IMG/VR virus record: IMGVR_UViG_3300044233_001555
Span: 1-56,325 of that record
Strand: one strand, 5' to 3'
DNA length: 56,325 nt
Source of the DNA: a virus
Taxonomy: Duplodnaviria > Caudoviricetes
Part shown: in pieces, positions 45,701 through 55,000 of the stretch
How positions within the stretch are numbered: the first letter of the stretch is position 1
Layout: the number at the start of each line of letters is the position of its first letter
The notes under the pieces: model-generated
What the model was told of the DNA's origin: nothing
What the model saw: only the letters and a program-made list of their open reading frames with translations
Databases searched by the model: none
Program-made: the position numbers and the translations under genes

Positions 45701-46640
45701 AGTAAGGTCAACAACAGGCCATAACAATTTGTACGATTCTGTTAGAGGTGTTCAGAAAGTCGTGTACTCAGACTTGACGAATGCCGAAGCAACTTCAACA
45801 GGCACTCAAGATTTATATGCGTTTGGTGCTGATGGATTTACTGTTGGATCAAACTTTCAGACAATATGTAATACCAGTGGAGAAACTTTTGCCTCATGGA
45901 ACTGGAAAGCGGCATCTTCTAATACATCAGTAAGCGCAGGAAGTATAGATGGAACTAATCCAACTATTGCTTGCACAAGAAGAACAAACACTACTGCTGG
46001 ATTTTCAATAGTTAGTTATACCGGGCAGTCAGCGGCTGGCACAGTTTCTCATGGTTTAAGCCAAGCGCCAGAAATGATTATTTTAAAAAACAGGGATCAA
46101 GGCGTGTTTTGGGCAGGATATGTAGAGGCTCTCGGCAACACAAAATCAATATCACTCAACGATACTGGCGCGGCATATACAGAAAAGACTTGGAATGATA
46201 CCTCCCCAACTTCAACTGTATTTTCAATCGGCGCTCAATCGGAAACAAGTTCAGGACGATTTAATGTTGCGGGAGAAAAATTTATAGCCTACTGCTTCCA
46301 TTCCGTAGACGGCTACAGCAAGGTAGGTAGTTACATCGGGAATGGATTGGCAGATGGAACCTTTGTTTACACTGGTTTTAAACCCGCATTTTTATTAATA
46401 AAAAGAATTACGGGAGTTCAGGATTGGATGTTGGCTGATAACAAAACAAGCCCTTACAACCAAACTGAATATATGCTTCGACCAGCCCAAGATGCGGCAC
46501 AACAGTCAGGCAACACTATAGACATTTTGTCTAATGGATTTAAACCAAGACTAAGTGGAAACGCTTTTAATGCCAGCGGTGAGTCATATCTGGTATTAGC
46601 CTTTGCCGAATCACCATTCAAATACTCTAACGCGAGGTAA
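42774..46640 (+). CDS. Receptor-binding tail fibre with LamG/ConA-like and SPRY-like domains
   Basis: Three lectin-like units (WYHIVV, WYHVAL, WTHVAV; GYIAE, GYIDD, GYMDE); 'GKWYWE...YIG...LGVAVD' SPRY pattern. Confidence 0.8.
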   Translation: MPVFNNILAGASGQTTGYDIDQSLRFEDGDSPELVRSVTVAGNRRTSTWSAWVKIGWSTFSNDAGTIEPTHTLFCCGNSDGRWNVGFSNATAINNNLPQLFIGQRDSGGGQAFEVSSTQAFRDPSAWYHIVVVMDTNQSTNTNRVKAYINGERITDWGVTSWPSQNYDSDCFRTADPVVKVRVGSTVTNSNTGDRFWDGYIAEVNVVDGTALDASYFGETNSATNQWVPVEYAGSYGTNGFYLPFSSTELANSFSDSSTDCGDGSPCYAGDTKLLLHFDGADDGTSFPDSSREGHSITRTGTVTKTGQKKFGTASAYFDGNDGLTTSDTSDFTFGTDPFTIECWVYVTSGAAFNTPSASDAGFLFCGDSSATSTRSVEFTIYRGELRAGLYNSDSSSATYISGGTINDTTWYHVALSRTASDAWAIYVDGSRVATSSTTKTLPQNANSGQIAIGARIEGGSLGQYFDGYIDDYRITKGVGRYSGASFTAPTAAFTNPTKSITANGDVTNTRAQSKIGNSSIYFDGTGDYLSTASSGLGLTGDYTIECWFNTASSTSDNGIISNKYNNSSFNGNFSLRLNDGGNSNDIAFRPYNGTVAEGGLVTSGTGAWSDNTWTHVAVVRSGSGTGNVKMYINGSLAGTSSGASSSTILGNAGDLNIGRQESASAGTNYLNGYMDEIRISSSARYTGTFTPSTTAFTADANTLLLIHSDFNGGLGSDGSGNKNDFAPTNLVVTDQVLDSPTNNFATFNPLVRSSSNSNYSEGNLYATDNGSGDWEVRLGTIPLPETGKWYWECRVGNGNAYIGILDEGENITVTNPSGGVIWYGDDGRKRIDGTFSSYGAGYGSANVLGVAVDMDASPRTIEFYKDNTSQGSITITGDCATGTVIPYITSIVQSWINFGQDSSFAGSKTSQGNGGDGEDFFYTPPTGYKALNTDNLPDVSIKPEEHFQTVLYTGDGTTNHAITGVGFQPDLVWYKVRSTTGHNNLYDSVRGVQKVVYSDLTNAEATSTGTQDLYAFGADGFTVGSNFQTICNTSGETFASWNWKAASSNTSVSAGSIDGTNPTIACTRRTNTTAGFSIVSYTGQSAAGTVSHGLSQAPEMIILKNRDQGVFWAGYVEALGNTKSISLNDTGAAYTEKTWNDTSPTSTVFSIGAQSETSSGRFNVAGEKFIAYCFHSVDGYSKVGSYIGNGLADGTFVYTGFKPAFLLIKRITGVQDWMLADNKTSPYNQTEYMLRPAQDAAQQSGNTIDILSNGFKPRLSGNAFNASGESYLVLAFAESPFKYSNAR

Positions 46641-46643
46641 AAA

Positions 46644-47297
46644 ATGTGGTATAGCGAAACTCATAATCTAATAAGAACGCCTCGCGCTTTGACCGTTGAT
46701 GGCGTACAGCATCCATCTAATATTTTTAGAGCATGGTCAGCAGAAGAATTAGAAGAAATTGGCATTTATTCTCTTGAGGTTGTTACTCCAGACTTTAGGT
46801 ACTACGATACTGGCGCAGAAAACTTTGAAAAGAAAAGCCGAAGAAATTCTGATGGAACCTTTTCAGGAGGGCCTGACTACTACGAACTAACTTACGACAC
46901 TACAGAAAAGAATGTAGATGATCTTAAAGCAGACTTGATCTTAAAGATCAAATCTCATGTTGGTTCATTGCTTACTCCTTCTGACTGGATGGTTATCAGA
47001 GCGGCTGACGGTGGCACGGCTATGGTAGAAGGATGGACAACGTATCGTAACGAAGTTCGCGCTCATGGCAACAGCCTTGAAAATGGCGTTGAGGCTTTTG
47101 CTTCTGTGCAGGCTGTGAAAAATTTCCAGAACCACGAAGTACAGGAAGAGCGATATTTGTCTACATACGACGATGAAGGCGTTGAAACAATTGGCCCCGA
47201 TACTCACATAGTAGATCGCATTGTAGATAAAACATACTGGAATTGGCCTACCGCACCAGACGCAGTTGCAGACCCATATCACGTTAGATACTTGTAA
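46644..47297 (+). CDS. Tail fibre assembly / chaperone-like protein
   Basis: 'LLTPSDWMVIR...YRNEVR...WP' pattern; follows the fibre gene. Confidence 0.65.
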   Translation: MWYSETHNLIRTPRALTVDGVQHPSNIFRAWSAEELEEIGIYSLEVVTPDFRYYDTGAENFEKKSRRNSDGTFSGGPDYYELTYDTTEKNVDDLKADLILKIKSHVGSLLTPSDWMVIRAADGGTAMVEGWTTYRNEVRAHGNSLENGVEAFASVQAVKNFQNHEVQEERYLSTYDDEGVETIGPDTHIVDRIVDKTYWNWPTAPDAVADPYHVRYL

Positions 47298-47800
47298 TGG
47301 CACTCACTTGGGCTAGTGAAACAGGTAATTGGAATACTGTTAGTTACAATTGGGGTGACGAATTTTTTTACCCTAGTGTAGCGTCATTAACCCTATCTGG
47401 AAAAACTCCTGTATCAACTACAGGGGTAATGATATCACCAGATAATGGAACTTTAACTTTTACAACAACTGCTCCTGATTTAATTAAACTTGTTTTAACT
47501 CCAGTTCCAAGCGCAAGCCTTACCCTTACCGGAAAAGATTTAACAGCAACAACCGGACATATTATAACTCCCGCAGTTGGATCGTTGACTGGGCTTAGTG
47601 TTGGATCGGCTTGGTACGAAACAAGCGCAACTTGGGCCGCTTATTCCGGCAATTGGGATGCAGGAACATCAAGCCCAACAGCAGGAGTTACATATACGTT
47701 TACGATTGATTCTGCTAACAACTTAGTGTTGACCCCATATGACCCAGAGTATCCAATAGAACGTGATCCTAAATTTTTAGCAACAATAACTTTAGTATGA
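47297..47800 (+). CDS. Putative structural protein
   Basis: Thr/Ser-rich with repeated 'SLTL.GK' and W-spaced motifs. Confidence 0.5.
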   Translation: MALTWASETGNWNTVSYNWGDEFFYPSVASLTLSGKTPVSTTGVMISPDNGTLTFTTTAPDLIKLVLTPVPSASLTLTGKDLTATTGHIITPAVGSLTGLSVGSAWYETSATWAAYSGNWDAGTSSPTAGVTYTFTIDSANNLVLTPYDPEYPIERDPKFLATITLV

Positions 47801-47940
47801 GCGATAAAAATAAAAAAGAAAAAAAGATTTCTTGGATTGCATTAGTTGAAAGCAAAGACCCAACTATATACACAAGACCAGTTGCTACATATGTTTTTAA
47901 CGAAGGAAAAAGAACTTTTTACAAACCAAGGAAAAAATAA
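47797..47940 (+). CDS. Small basic protein (47 aa, not in the ORF track)
   Basis: ATGA and TAATG couplings on either side. Confidence 0.55.
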   Translation: MSDKNKKEKKISWIALVESKDPTIYTRPVATYVFNEGKRTFYKPRKK

Positions 47941-48266
47941 TGGATATTGAAAAGTCTCAAATTTACAGTTTAGGCGATCATGTATTAGCAAAAAACGTTG
48001 CTGAAGTTTTAGATAAAAAATATCCCGGTTGGCTTTGGGCTGTAAACGTAATGGATGGAGTTGTTACTGTTAAGTCTATGTTGCTTTCTGGAAACTGGGG
48101 ATTTGTTTTACATGCAGACAAAATTGATAACGATTACAAAAATGTAATGAGAGCAGGTGGAGAGATATTAGAACGGTATAACCAGAATACAGGAAAGTTT
48201 AATCAGACTAAGTACAGCGATCTTAAAATGAATGAAAGAAATCAGTTAAACGGAGATTTTAGTTAA
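47940..48266 (+). CDS. Hypothetical protein upstream of portal
   Basis: 'YPGWLWAV...AGGEILERY'; coupled to the portal gene. Confidence 0.65.
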   Translation: MDIEKSQIYSLGDHVLAKNVAEVLDKKYPGWLWAVNVMDGVVTVKSMLLSGNWGFVLHADKIDNDYKNVMRAGGEILERYNQNTGKFNQTKYSDLKMNERNQLNGDFS

Positions 48267-50443
48267 TGTCCCTTATTAATCCACAACCTTCTCTTGAAGG
48301 AAAAGATAGAGTTACAGTAAGTGGCTCTATGAAAGAGGAGGACTGGTTAAGCCTTTCAAGAGAAGCGTATGAATCTTCTACTGAATACATGGACGCTAAC
48401 CTCAGAGATCAGTGGGAAAAAAACTTATCTAACTTTAACAGCAAACATCCTAACGGTTCTAAATATTTAACATCCGCTTACGATAAAAGGTCTACTTTAT
48501 TTAGGCCAAAAACAAGATCAACTGTTAGGAAGTTAGAAGCGGCTATGGCTACTGCTTTTTTTTCTAATGAAGATGTTGTAGACATTGCTCCTACTAACCC
48601 TAATGATGCTATGGCTGTTAATGCGGCGACTGTAGCAAAATCAATGATGCAGTATAGGTTAACTAATACTATTCCTTGGTTTTCTACAATGGTTACTGCA
48701 ATGCAAGATGCGGCTGTTTACGGTAGCGTAGTATCTCACCAGTATTGGGACTTTGAAGAAAAGGAAGAGTCTTACTCAGTAGAAGATGATTCTGGAACTG
48801 AGGTTGTAGATACGGATGGTAACCCCGTAGTGCAAAAAGTAAACGTTACTTTAAAAGATAAACCTGTTATAGAAATTATAGAACCAGAAAATTTTAGAGT
48901 AGACCCTGCATCAGATTGGTATAACCCTATTGAATCTTCTCCTTATTTAATTCATTTAATTCCTATGTTTGTACAAGATGTTTTGGAAAAAATGGAACAA
49001 GGAGAATGGAAAAAATTAAATCTTGGTCAGATATTATCTGCTACCAAAGAGGACGATGATACTGTTAGGCTTACTAGAGAAGAGCCTAGAACAGACCCAT
49101 TAGATGACAGTTATGACACTGTAGATGATTTTAAAATAGTTTGGATACACAAGTACATAATTAGAAAAGAAGGTGAAGACTATTGTTTTTACACTTCTGG
49201 AACTGATTACATGCTTACCAAGCCTAAACTCTTATCTGAGGAATACCCTTGGTTAAAAGAAAATGAACGTCCTTATGTTATGGGTAAACTTAACATAGAG
49301 GCTCACAGGTTATATCCTGCAAGTACTGTAGAACTTACTGAAGAACTTCAATCCGCATCTAACGAAATATTAAACCAAAGATTTGACAACATTAAGTTGG
49401 CAATGAATAAACGTTACCATATTCGTAGAGATAGGAACATTGACTTAGATGCTTTGTTCCGTTCTGTTCCGGGCGGCGCTGTAGAAATGGATGACCCAGA
49501 CCAAGACGTTAGGGTGATAGAAACTAGAGATGTTACTGGTTCTGCATACCAAGAACAAGATCGTATTAACTATGACTTTGATGAGTTGCAAGGAAACTTT
49601 TCTACTTCAACCGTACAAAGTTCTAGAAATATGAACGAAACAGTTGGTGGAATGTCACTGCTACAGGGTAATAACAACATTATTACTGAGTTTGTTTTAA
49701 GAACATTAGCAGAGTCTTGGGTTGAGCCTTGCTTAAAACAATTGTTAAAACTTGAACAGTATTACGAAACTGATGAAGTAATTATGGCTTTAAGCAACCA
49801 AGAAAACTATGCAAACAGAGAGCAGTTAATAGATGAGTTGTTAAGCCATGATGTTATTCTTAAAGTGAATGTTGGAATGAATGCTACTGATCCAGTGCAA
49901 AGAGTACAAAACCTTGTTTATGGTTTATCCAGTGTGTTTCAGTTACCGGGAATGGAAACCAGAATTAACATTGATGAAGTTGCTAAAGAAATATTTGGTC
50001 AACTTGGATACAAGGATGGGGCAAGATTTCTTATTCAGCCTGATGGGGATGTTGATCCACAGATACAAGAACTACAGGCTCAGATACAAGAACTTCAAGG
50101 TATCTTGCAGAACGATCAAGTTAAGATGCAGGGTAGGTTGCAGATTGAACAACTAAAACAACAGGCGTCACTACGTGCGGCTCAGATTAAAGCACAGACA
50201 GATATAGCAAAAGAACAAATGTCTATGGAAAAAGATGCAGGTTCTCTTGCTATTAAACAAAACGAAGCAATCATAAAACAGCAGGATGCAGATACAAGAA
50301 GGGCTGAATTAATGTTGCAGAGAGATGCTTTAATTAATCAAATTATTTCTCAACAGTCTGTTCCAGTAGATAAAGATAACGTTTCTAAATCAGGAACTAT
50401 GTCTAGGGATAAATACAACACAGTGCCTTATGCACAGGGATAA
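48266..50443 (+). CDS. Portal protein (podoviral, P22-like)
   Basis: 725 aa; 'NFRVDP', 'LQ...N...NQRFDN', 'VPGG', 'ETVGGM'; Gln-rich C-terminal barrel; precedes scaffold and capsid. Confidence 0.85.
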   Translation: MSLINPQPSLEGKDRVTVSGSMKEEDWLSLSREAYESSTEYMDANLRDQWEKNLSNFNSKHPNGSKYLTSAYDKRSTLFRPKTRSTVRKLEAAMATAFFSNEDVVDIAPTNPNDAMAVNAATVAKSMMQYRLTNTIPWFSTMVTAMQDAAVYGSVVSHQYWDFEEKEESYSVEDDSGTEVVDTDGNPVVQKVNVTLKDKPVIEIIEPENFRVDPASDWYNPIESSPYLIHLIPMFVQDVLEKMEQGEWKKLNLGQILSATKEDDDTVRLTREEPRTDPLDDSYDTVDDFKIVWIHKYIIRKEGEDYCFYTSGTDYMLTKPKLLSEEYPWLKENERPYVMGKLNIEAHRLYPASTVELTEELQSASNEILNQRFDNIKLAMNKRYHIRRDRNIDLDALFRSVPGGAVEMDDPDQDVRVIETRDVTGSAYQEQDRINYDFDELQGNFSTSTVQSSRNMNETVGGMSLLQGNNNIITEFVLRTLAESWVEPCLKQLLKLEQYYETDEVIMALSNQENYANREQLIDELLSHDVILKVNVGMNATDPVQRVQNLVYGLSSVFQLPGMETRINIDEVAKEIFGQLGYKDGARFLIQPDGDVDPQIQELQAQIQELQGILQNDQVKMQGRLQIEQLKQQASLRAAQIKAQTDIAKEQMSMEKDAGSLAIKQNEAIIKQQDADTRRAELMLQRDALINQIISQQSVPVDKDNVSKSGTMSRDKYNTVPYAQG

Positions 50444-50764
50444 ATGTCAGAATATTATGATCCTAGTCTACCTAATGTAGACGAACTTATTCAAAGAACT
50501 CAAATTGGGCAGAAGACTCAAGAGTTTGTTAGAACTCCAACGGGTAAGGCTATTGTTGAAAGGGCCTTATCTGATTATAGAAAAGGCATAAAAAGTTTAC
50601 AAGAAATGTCTTTTCAGGAGTGGTCTGGTTCTTCAGAAGAAGAACTAAAACATTATCGTAAAATAACTTTAGCCCTCGCTACCCCGCTATCAGTTCTTAA
50701 ATGGTTGGATGCGATTATTGCAGATGGAGAACAGGCAAATAAATTAGCAAGGTATAAAGAATAA
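50444..50764 (+). CDS. Hypothetical protein between portal and scaffold
   Basis: 'TPTGK' helix motif; typical position. Confidence 0.6.
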   Translation: MSEYYDPSLPNVDELIQRTQIGQKTQEFVRTPTGKAIVERALSDYRKGIKSLQEMSFQEWSGSSEEELKHYRKITLALATPLSVLKWLDAIIADGEQANKLARYKE

Positions 50765-50778
50765 CCTTGGAGAATAAA

Positions 50779-51831
50779 ATGGACGCTACCCAACAGGATG
50801 CGGAAGTTGTAGAAGAAGTAGTAGAAGCAGTAGAAGAAGCAGTAGAAGAAACAACAGAAGATCAAGAAGAATATGTAGATCGTACAGTTCAAGGCCCTAG
50901 AGAGGAGATGCTTGAACGTATAGTAAAACAAAGAGAATCCGATGTTGAAGAAGATTTTTTTGGAAGTACAGAAGAAAATACTGAAGAAAAGATTGAAGAA
51001 GTTTTAGAGGAAATAGAGCAGGATTTAAAAAATGATTCTCCTGTATGGCAACACGAAGGACAATGGGTTACTCAAGTTAAAGTAAACGGTCAAGATGTTG
51101 TTGTTCCTTTTGATAGTTTAAAATCTTCTCATCAAAAAGATGTTGCTTCTCAGCAAAGATTTCAGCAAGCCGCTTATAAAGAAAAGTTGCTTGCTCAACA
51201 GGAGGCTCAATTAAGGCAGTATGCTCAGAGTCTTCAACAGAAAGAATTTGCTCCACCCGTTAAGGACGAGCCAGAAGATGATGTTGACTACAATAAAACT
51301 GTAGAAGAATATCATCAAGCGTTGTATGAAGATGATGCGGCAAAAGCCGCGAAGTTGTTACAGACCTTGACAGGGCGCAATACCGCTACCCTTAATATAG
51401 ATGAGGCTGTAGATAAGGCAGTTAGTGATGCCTTTTCTCGTAGACAAGCAGAGCAAGCCAAAGCACAGCAATTAGCATATCAACAAGAAGTGCAAAATGC
51501 AGTGGCTTGGTTTGATCAGGAATATCCTGATATTTCTCAGAATCCTGATCTTCGCGCTATCGCAGATAATCAAACGGTTACCCTTATGAAGGAAAATCCT
51601 TCTTGGACACCGGGACAGATTATTTATGCGTCTGCTGAGTATGCGAGGCATTGGGCAAATTCTTTTGTTCCTAATCAACCTGCAACAAATGAAAGGGTTG
51701 AGAGAAAGAAAAGGATTGTTCAACAACCTAAGTCTGCTCGTAAGACTCTTAAAGTTTCTGAAGATGATTCTGGGCCTAAAACTCCAGAACAAATTATCGA
51801 AGAAATGAAACAGTCGAGAGGGCAATTATAA
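50779..51831 (+). CDS. Capsid scaffolding protein
   Basis: Very acidic N-terminus, 'VKVNGQDVVV', coiled coil; directly before the capsid gene. Confidence 0.8.
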   Translation: MDATQQDAEVVEEVVEAVEEAVEETTEDQEEYVDRTVQGPREEMLERIVKQRESDVEEDFFGSTEENTEEKIEEVLEEIEQDLKNDSPVWQHEGQWVTQVKVNGQDVVVPFDSLKSSHQKDVASQQRFQQAAYKEKLLAQQEAQLRQYAQSLQQKEFAPPVKDEPEDDVDYNKTVEEYHQALYEDDAAKAAKLLQTLTGRNTATLNIDEAVDKAVSDAFSRRQAEQAKAQQLAYQQEVQNAVAWFDQEYPDISQNPDLRAIADNQTVTLMKENPSWTPGQIIYASAEYARHWANSFVPNQPATNERVERKKRIVQQPKSARKTLKVSEDDSGPKTPEQIIEEMKQSRGQL

Positions 51832-51855
51832 ATCAATAACTAAAAGGAGAAAAAA

Positions 51856-52821
51856 ATGGCAGGACAAGTATGGTCTGTCAACACCTCCGGTGGTTATATG
51901 TATGCGTCTAACCTCAGTCGTGAACTGAGAATGGCCGTACAGCCGATTGTCAAGTTCCGTCAGTTCTGTGACATTAAAGATGCGGCCCATCAGGGTTTAC
52001 ATCGCGGCGATACATTTCACTGGAACGTGTTTAGTGATGTAGCAACTCAGGGTACTACCTTGACAGAAACAAGCACCATCCCAGAGACTTCGTTTACGAT
52101 CTCTCAGGGTACGATGACTATCACGGAAGCGGGTAACTCTGTTCCTTACACGGGTAAGTTGGATGACCTGAGTGAACAGCCGATTCGTGAAGTTGTTCGT
52201 AAAGTGCTTAAAAACGATGCGAAGAAGGGGTTTGATAACCTTGCTTCTGCTCAGTTCAATGCGGCTAAACTCCGTGTTGTTCCGACAGCAGGAACGAGTA
52301 CGACTGCTTTGACGCTGACCACCAACGGCACTGCAACTCTTACGAATAACGTTGCTCTTGGAAAAGAGCATGTTAAGTTGGTTGTAGACACGATGAAGGA
52401 ACGTAATATCCCGGCTTACACAGGGGATGATTATTACTCCATCGCGTGGCCTTCAACTTGGCGTTCACTTAAAAATGATCTGGAAGGTATCAAGCAGTAT
52501 ATTGATCAGGGTTTCCAGATGATTATGAATGGCGAAATTGGTCGCTATGAAGGTGTTCGTTTTGTTGAGCAGACTCACGTAAACAAAGCAGGTATTGGTA
52601 CTGCCACCGCCGCATGGACTAACGGTAAATCCGATTGGGCTGTGTTCTTTGGTGAAGATACCGTTGCCGAGGCTATTGCTGTTCCTGAAGAAATTCGCGG
52701 AAAAATTCCGGGGGACTTCGGAAGGGATCGTGGGATTGCTTGGTATTATTTGGGAGGTTTTGGCCTCGTTCACACTGATGCGGCCCAGTCACGTATTGTG
52801 ATTTGGGATAGCGCGGCTTAA
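51856..52821 (+). CDS. Major capsid protein (N4 gp56-like HK97 fold)
   Basis: AAGGAG RBS; 'FRQF', 'GEIGRYEGVRFVE', 'DFGR..GIAWY'; follows the scaffold. Confidence 0.88.
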   Translation: MAGQVWSVNTSGGYMYASNLSRELRMAVQPIVKFRQFCDIKDAAHQGLHRGDTFHWNVFSDVATQGTTLTETSTIPETSFTISQGTMTITEAGNSVPYTGKLDDLSEQPIREVVRKVLKNDAKKGFDNLASAQFNAAKLRVVPTAGTSTTALTLTTNGTATLTNNVALGKEHVKLVVDTMKERNIPAYTGDDYYSIAWPSTWRSLKNDLEGIKQYIDQGFQMIMNGEIGRYEGVRFVEQTHVNKAGIGTATAAWTNGKSDWAVFFGEDTVAEAIAVPEEIRGKIPGDFGRDRGIAWYYLGGFGLVHTDAAQSRIVIWDSAA

Positions 52822-52832
52822 GGAGAATTATT

Positions 52833-53213
52833 ATGAGTTATAGTGATCCACGTCCTTATGCCTTTAGTTATTACCATGATTTTGGTGCGGCAAGTGAGGC
52901 AATGGTTATTCGTGGCCCCAAGGGAAAGAAAGGTAGCATTAAAGAAATTGAAGTTGAGGCTATTGAAACTTTTACTAACACGACTACGGAAGCCATTATT
53001 GAACTTGGTTCATCCGCAGGAACAGCAGAATATGTCAACATGGGTCTTGGTACTCTTGCTGACGGAGATCAACAGCGTCTAACCGACACTGCCGCTGATC
53101 TTGTTTCTGATGCCCTGCCTGCTGATACCGATGTTCACCTTACGTTCAATGCTCCTACTGGCGGTACACCTGCCGGGAAAGCGCACGTACACGTTATGGT
53201 TGAATGGTACTAG
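52833..53213 (+). CDS. Putative capsid decoration protein
   Basis: Small beta-rich protein right after the capsid gene with a strong RBS. Confidence 0.55.
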   Translation: MSYSDPRPYAFSYYHDFGAASEAMVIRGPKGKKGSIKEIEVEAIETFTNTTTEAIIELGSSAGTAEYVNMGLGTLADGDQQRLTDTAADLVSDALPADTDVHLTFNAPTGGTPAGKAHVHVMVEWY

Positions 53214-53221
53214 GAGGATAT

Positions 53222-53422
53222 ATGTACGATAACAAAAAAGGCGGTAAAAAAAGCAAGCATAGCGCGAATGGAAACATTCCTGCTAATGGTCTTTCTGAAC
53301 TAGAGACTGACAACATGACTAACGCTAGTCTTGGGTTAGACAGTCACGGCCCTAATCAGTTGCCTATTGGCATTGCTAAACAGAAGATTACCACTGATCG
53401 TGGTTCTTTTAACGTGCGGTAA
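53222..53422 (+). CDS. Hypothetical protein
   Basis: AGGAGG RBS before the ATG at 53222. Confidence 0.6.
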   Translation: MYDNKKGGKKSKHSANGNIPANGLSELETDNMTNASLGLDSHGPNQLPIGIAKQKITTDRGSFNVR

Positions 53423-53429
53423 TTGGATC

Positions 53430-53451
53430 GGGGGGCGCAAGCCCCCCTTTT
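53430..53451 (+). terminator. Intrinsic terminator after the capsid cluster
   Basis: GGGGGGC-GCAA-GCCCCCC-TTTT. Confidence 0.8.
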
Positions 53452-53463
53452 CATGGGGGAGAT

Positions 53464-53655
53464 ATGTACTACGAAGAAGAAAAAAAGATGGACAAAGACC
53501 CTGCTAAATGTGGCTATACAAATCAGGATCAGCCTAATGAATTTAGTACGGAAAAGAATCAACGAAATAACAATGCGAGGGTAGGAAACAGACCGGAAGT
53601 TATTATTCTTGAAAATGCTTCCATTTTCGGTGCTGTTCGTTCACCAATAGAATAA
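53464..53655 (+). CDS. Hypothetical protein
   Basis: GGGGGAG RBS; TAATG coupling. Confidence 0.55.
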   Translation: MYYEEEKKMDKDPAKCGYTNQDQPNEFSTEKNQRNNNARVGNRPEVIILENASIFGAVRSPIE

Positions 53656-53924
53656 TGGCACATAAAATAAACTGGGAAGAACCTTACGGCGAAATACACG
53701 GAACTATAGAAGAAATGCCAGAAGCACGTTGGATGCAAGGCGAAAACTTTTATAGAGTAAACGGTGAATTAATTAGTAATAGTTTACCTGATGACAATAC
53801 TTGGATTAAAGAGCAAAAAGGAATAACAGGCAGAAATGCTCTTATTTCTAAGGCAAAAGAATTAGGTATTGAAATATCAAAAAAAGATAAGATAGACGAT
53901 ATTAAAGAAAAACTATTACAATAA
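53655..53924 (+). CDS. Hypothetical protein with a C-terminal Rho-N/HeH-like motif
   Basis: 'LISKAKELGIEISKKDKIDDIKEKL'. Confidence 0.55.
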   Translation: MAHKINWEEPYGEIHGTIEEMPEARWMQGENFYRVNGELISNSLPDDNTWIKEQKGITGRNALISKAKELGIEISKKDKIDDIKEKLLQ

Positions 53925-53926
53925 TT

Positions 53927-55000
53927 ATGAAAAAAATAACCGTTCCTTTTAAGGAAGTAAGCGATTACACCTTAGAAGATTTTGGTGGTAAAAGAAAGAA
54001 CAAAACTGTTTGTATTGTTCGTTACGGAGCGTTTGGAGATATTATACAAACATCATCTTTGTTTCCTGTGTTCAAGAAAGAAGGATACAAAGTTTGTGTA
54101 AATGTTTCTGAGGTTGGCGCTAAATTATTAAAAGCAAATCCGTACATAGATGAACTAATAATTCAAAAAACTAATCAAATATGTAACACTGAGTTGGGAG
54201 ACTACTGGGAAAAAATGTCTCCCTGTTTTGATAAGTTTGTTCAATTATCAGAATCTATAGAAGGCAACCTGCTTTTAAGTCCTGAAAGGATTGTTGAATC
54301 TAAGGGGCAAAAATATAAAATACCCGCAAGTGAGGGGTATTATGAATCTCAAGAATTTATACACAAAAAGTGTGACGTTAACTATCTTGAACATACTCAC
54401 AAAATAGCAGGAGTGCCTTTTAGTCACAGGCCTTTTTATTATCCATCAGATGAAGAAAAAGAGTGGGCTAAAAAACAAAGAAAAAAAATAAAGTCTAAGC
54501 ACGTTATATTAGTTTCTTTATCTGGTTCTTCAGTTCATAAAGTGTGGCCTTGGAATGACGCTATGATTGCGTCTATTCTTAAAGATAGAAAAGATATATC
54601 TATCGTTACTGTTGGTGATGAGATGTGTCAAATTCTTGAGGTTGGTTGGGAAAAAGAACCAAGGGTTATTACTAAATCAGGGGTTTGGACTATAGGAAAA
54701 ACAATGGCTTTTTTAGATCATTGTTCTGTAGTTGTTGGGCCAGAAACAGGGTTGTTAAATGCGGCTAGTATGAAGTCAATGCGTAAGATTGTATTTCTTT
54801 CTCATTCTTCTAAAGAAAATTTAACAAAACACTGGAGAAATACTGCATCCTTAATTCCTAAAGATTGTCCTTGCTATCCATGTCATAAAATGCATTTTGG
54901 TTTTAACACATGCAACAGAGATGAAACAACTGGAGGCGCATTATGTGCCGCGAATATTGATCCAAGAGTTGTGGTATCTGAAATTATGAGAAATCTATGA
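53927..55000 (+). CDS. Glycosyltransferase family 9 (heptosyltransferase-like)
   Basis: 'IVRYGAFGDII', 'NPYIDE', 'KVWP', 'VVGPETGLLNAA', 'CYPC'. Confidence 0.82.
   Translation: MKKITVPFKEVSDYTLEDFGGKRKNKTVCIVRYGAFGDIIQTSSLFPVFKKEGYKVCVNVSEVGAKLLKANPYIDELIIQKTNQICNTELGDYWEKMSPCFDKFVQLSESIEGNLLLSPERIVESKGQKYKIPASEGYYESQEFIHKKCDVNYLEHTHKIAGVPFSHRPFYYPSDEEKEWAKKQRKKIKSKHVILVSLSGSSVHKVWPWNDAMIASILKDRKDISIVTVGDEMCQILEVGWEKEPRVITKSGVWTIGKTMAFLDHCSVVVGPETGLLNAASMKSMRKIVFLSHSSKENLTKHWRNTASLIPKDCPCYPCHKMHFGFNTCNRDETTGGALCAANIDPRVVVSEIMRNL

Noticed and set aside
42774-46640. Diversity-generating retroelement targeting the fibre
   Set aside because: No reverse transcriptase and no template/variable repeat pair were seen.
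50809-50850. GTAGAAGAA/GCA repeats at the start of the scaffold gene
   Set aside because: Explained by the low-complexity acidic peptide VEEVVEAVEEAVEE.
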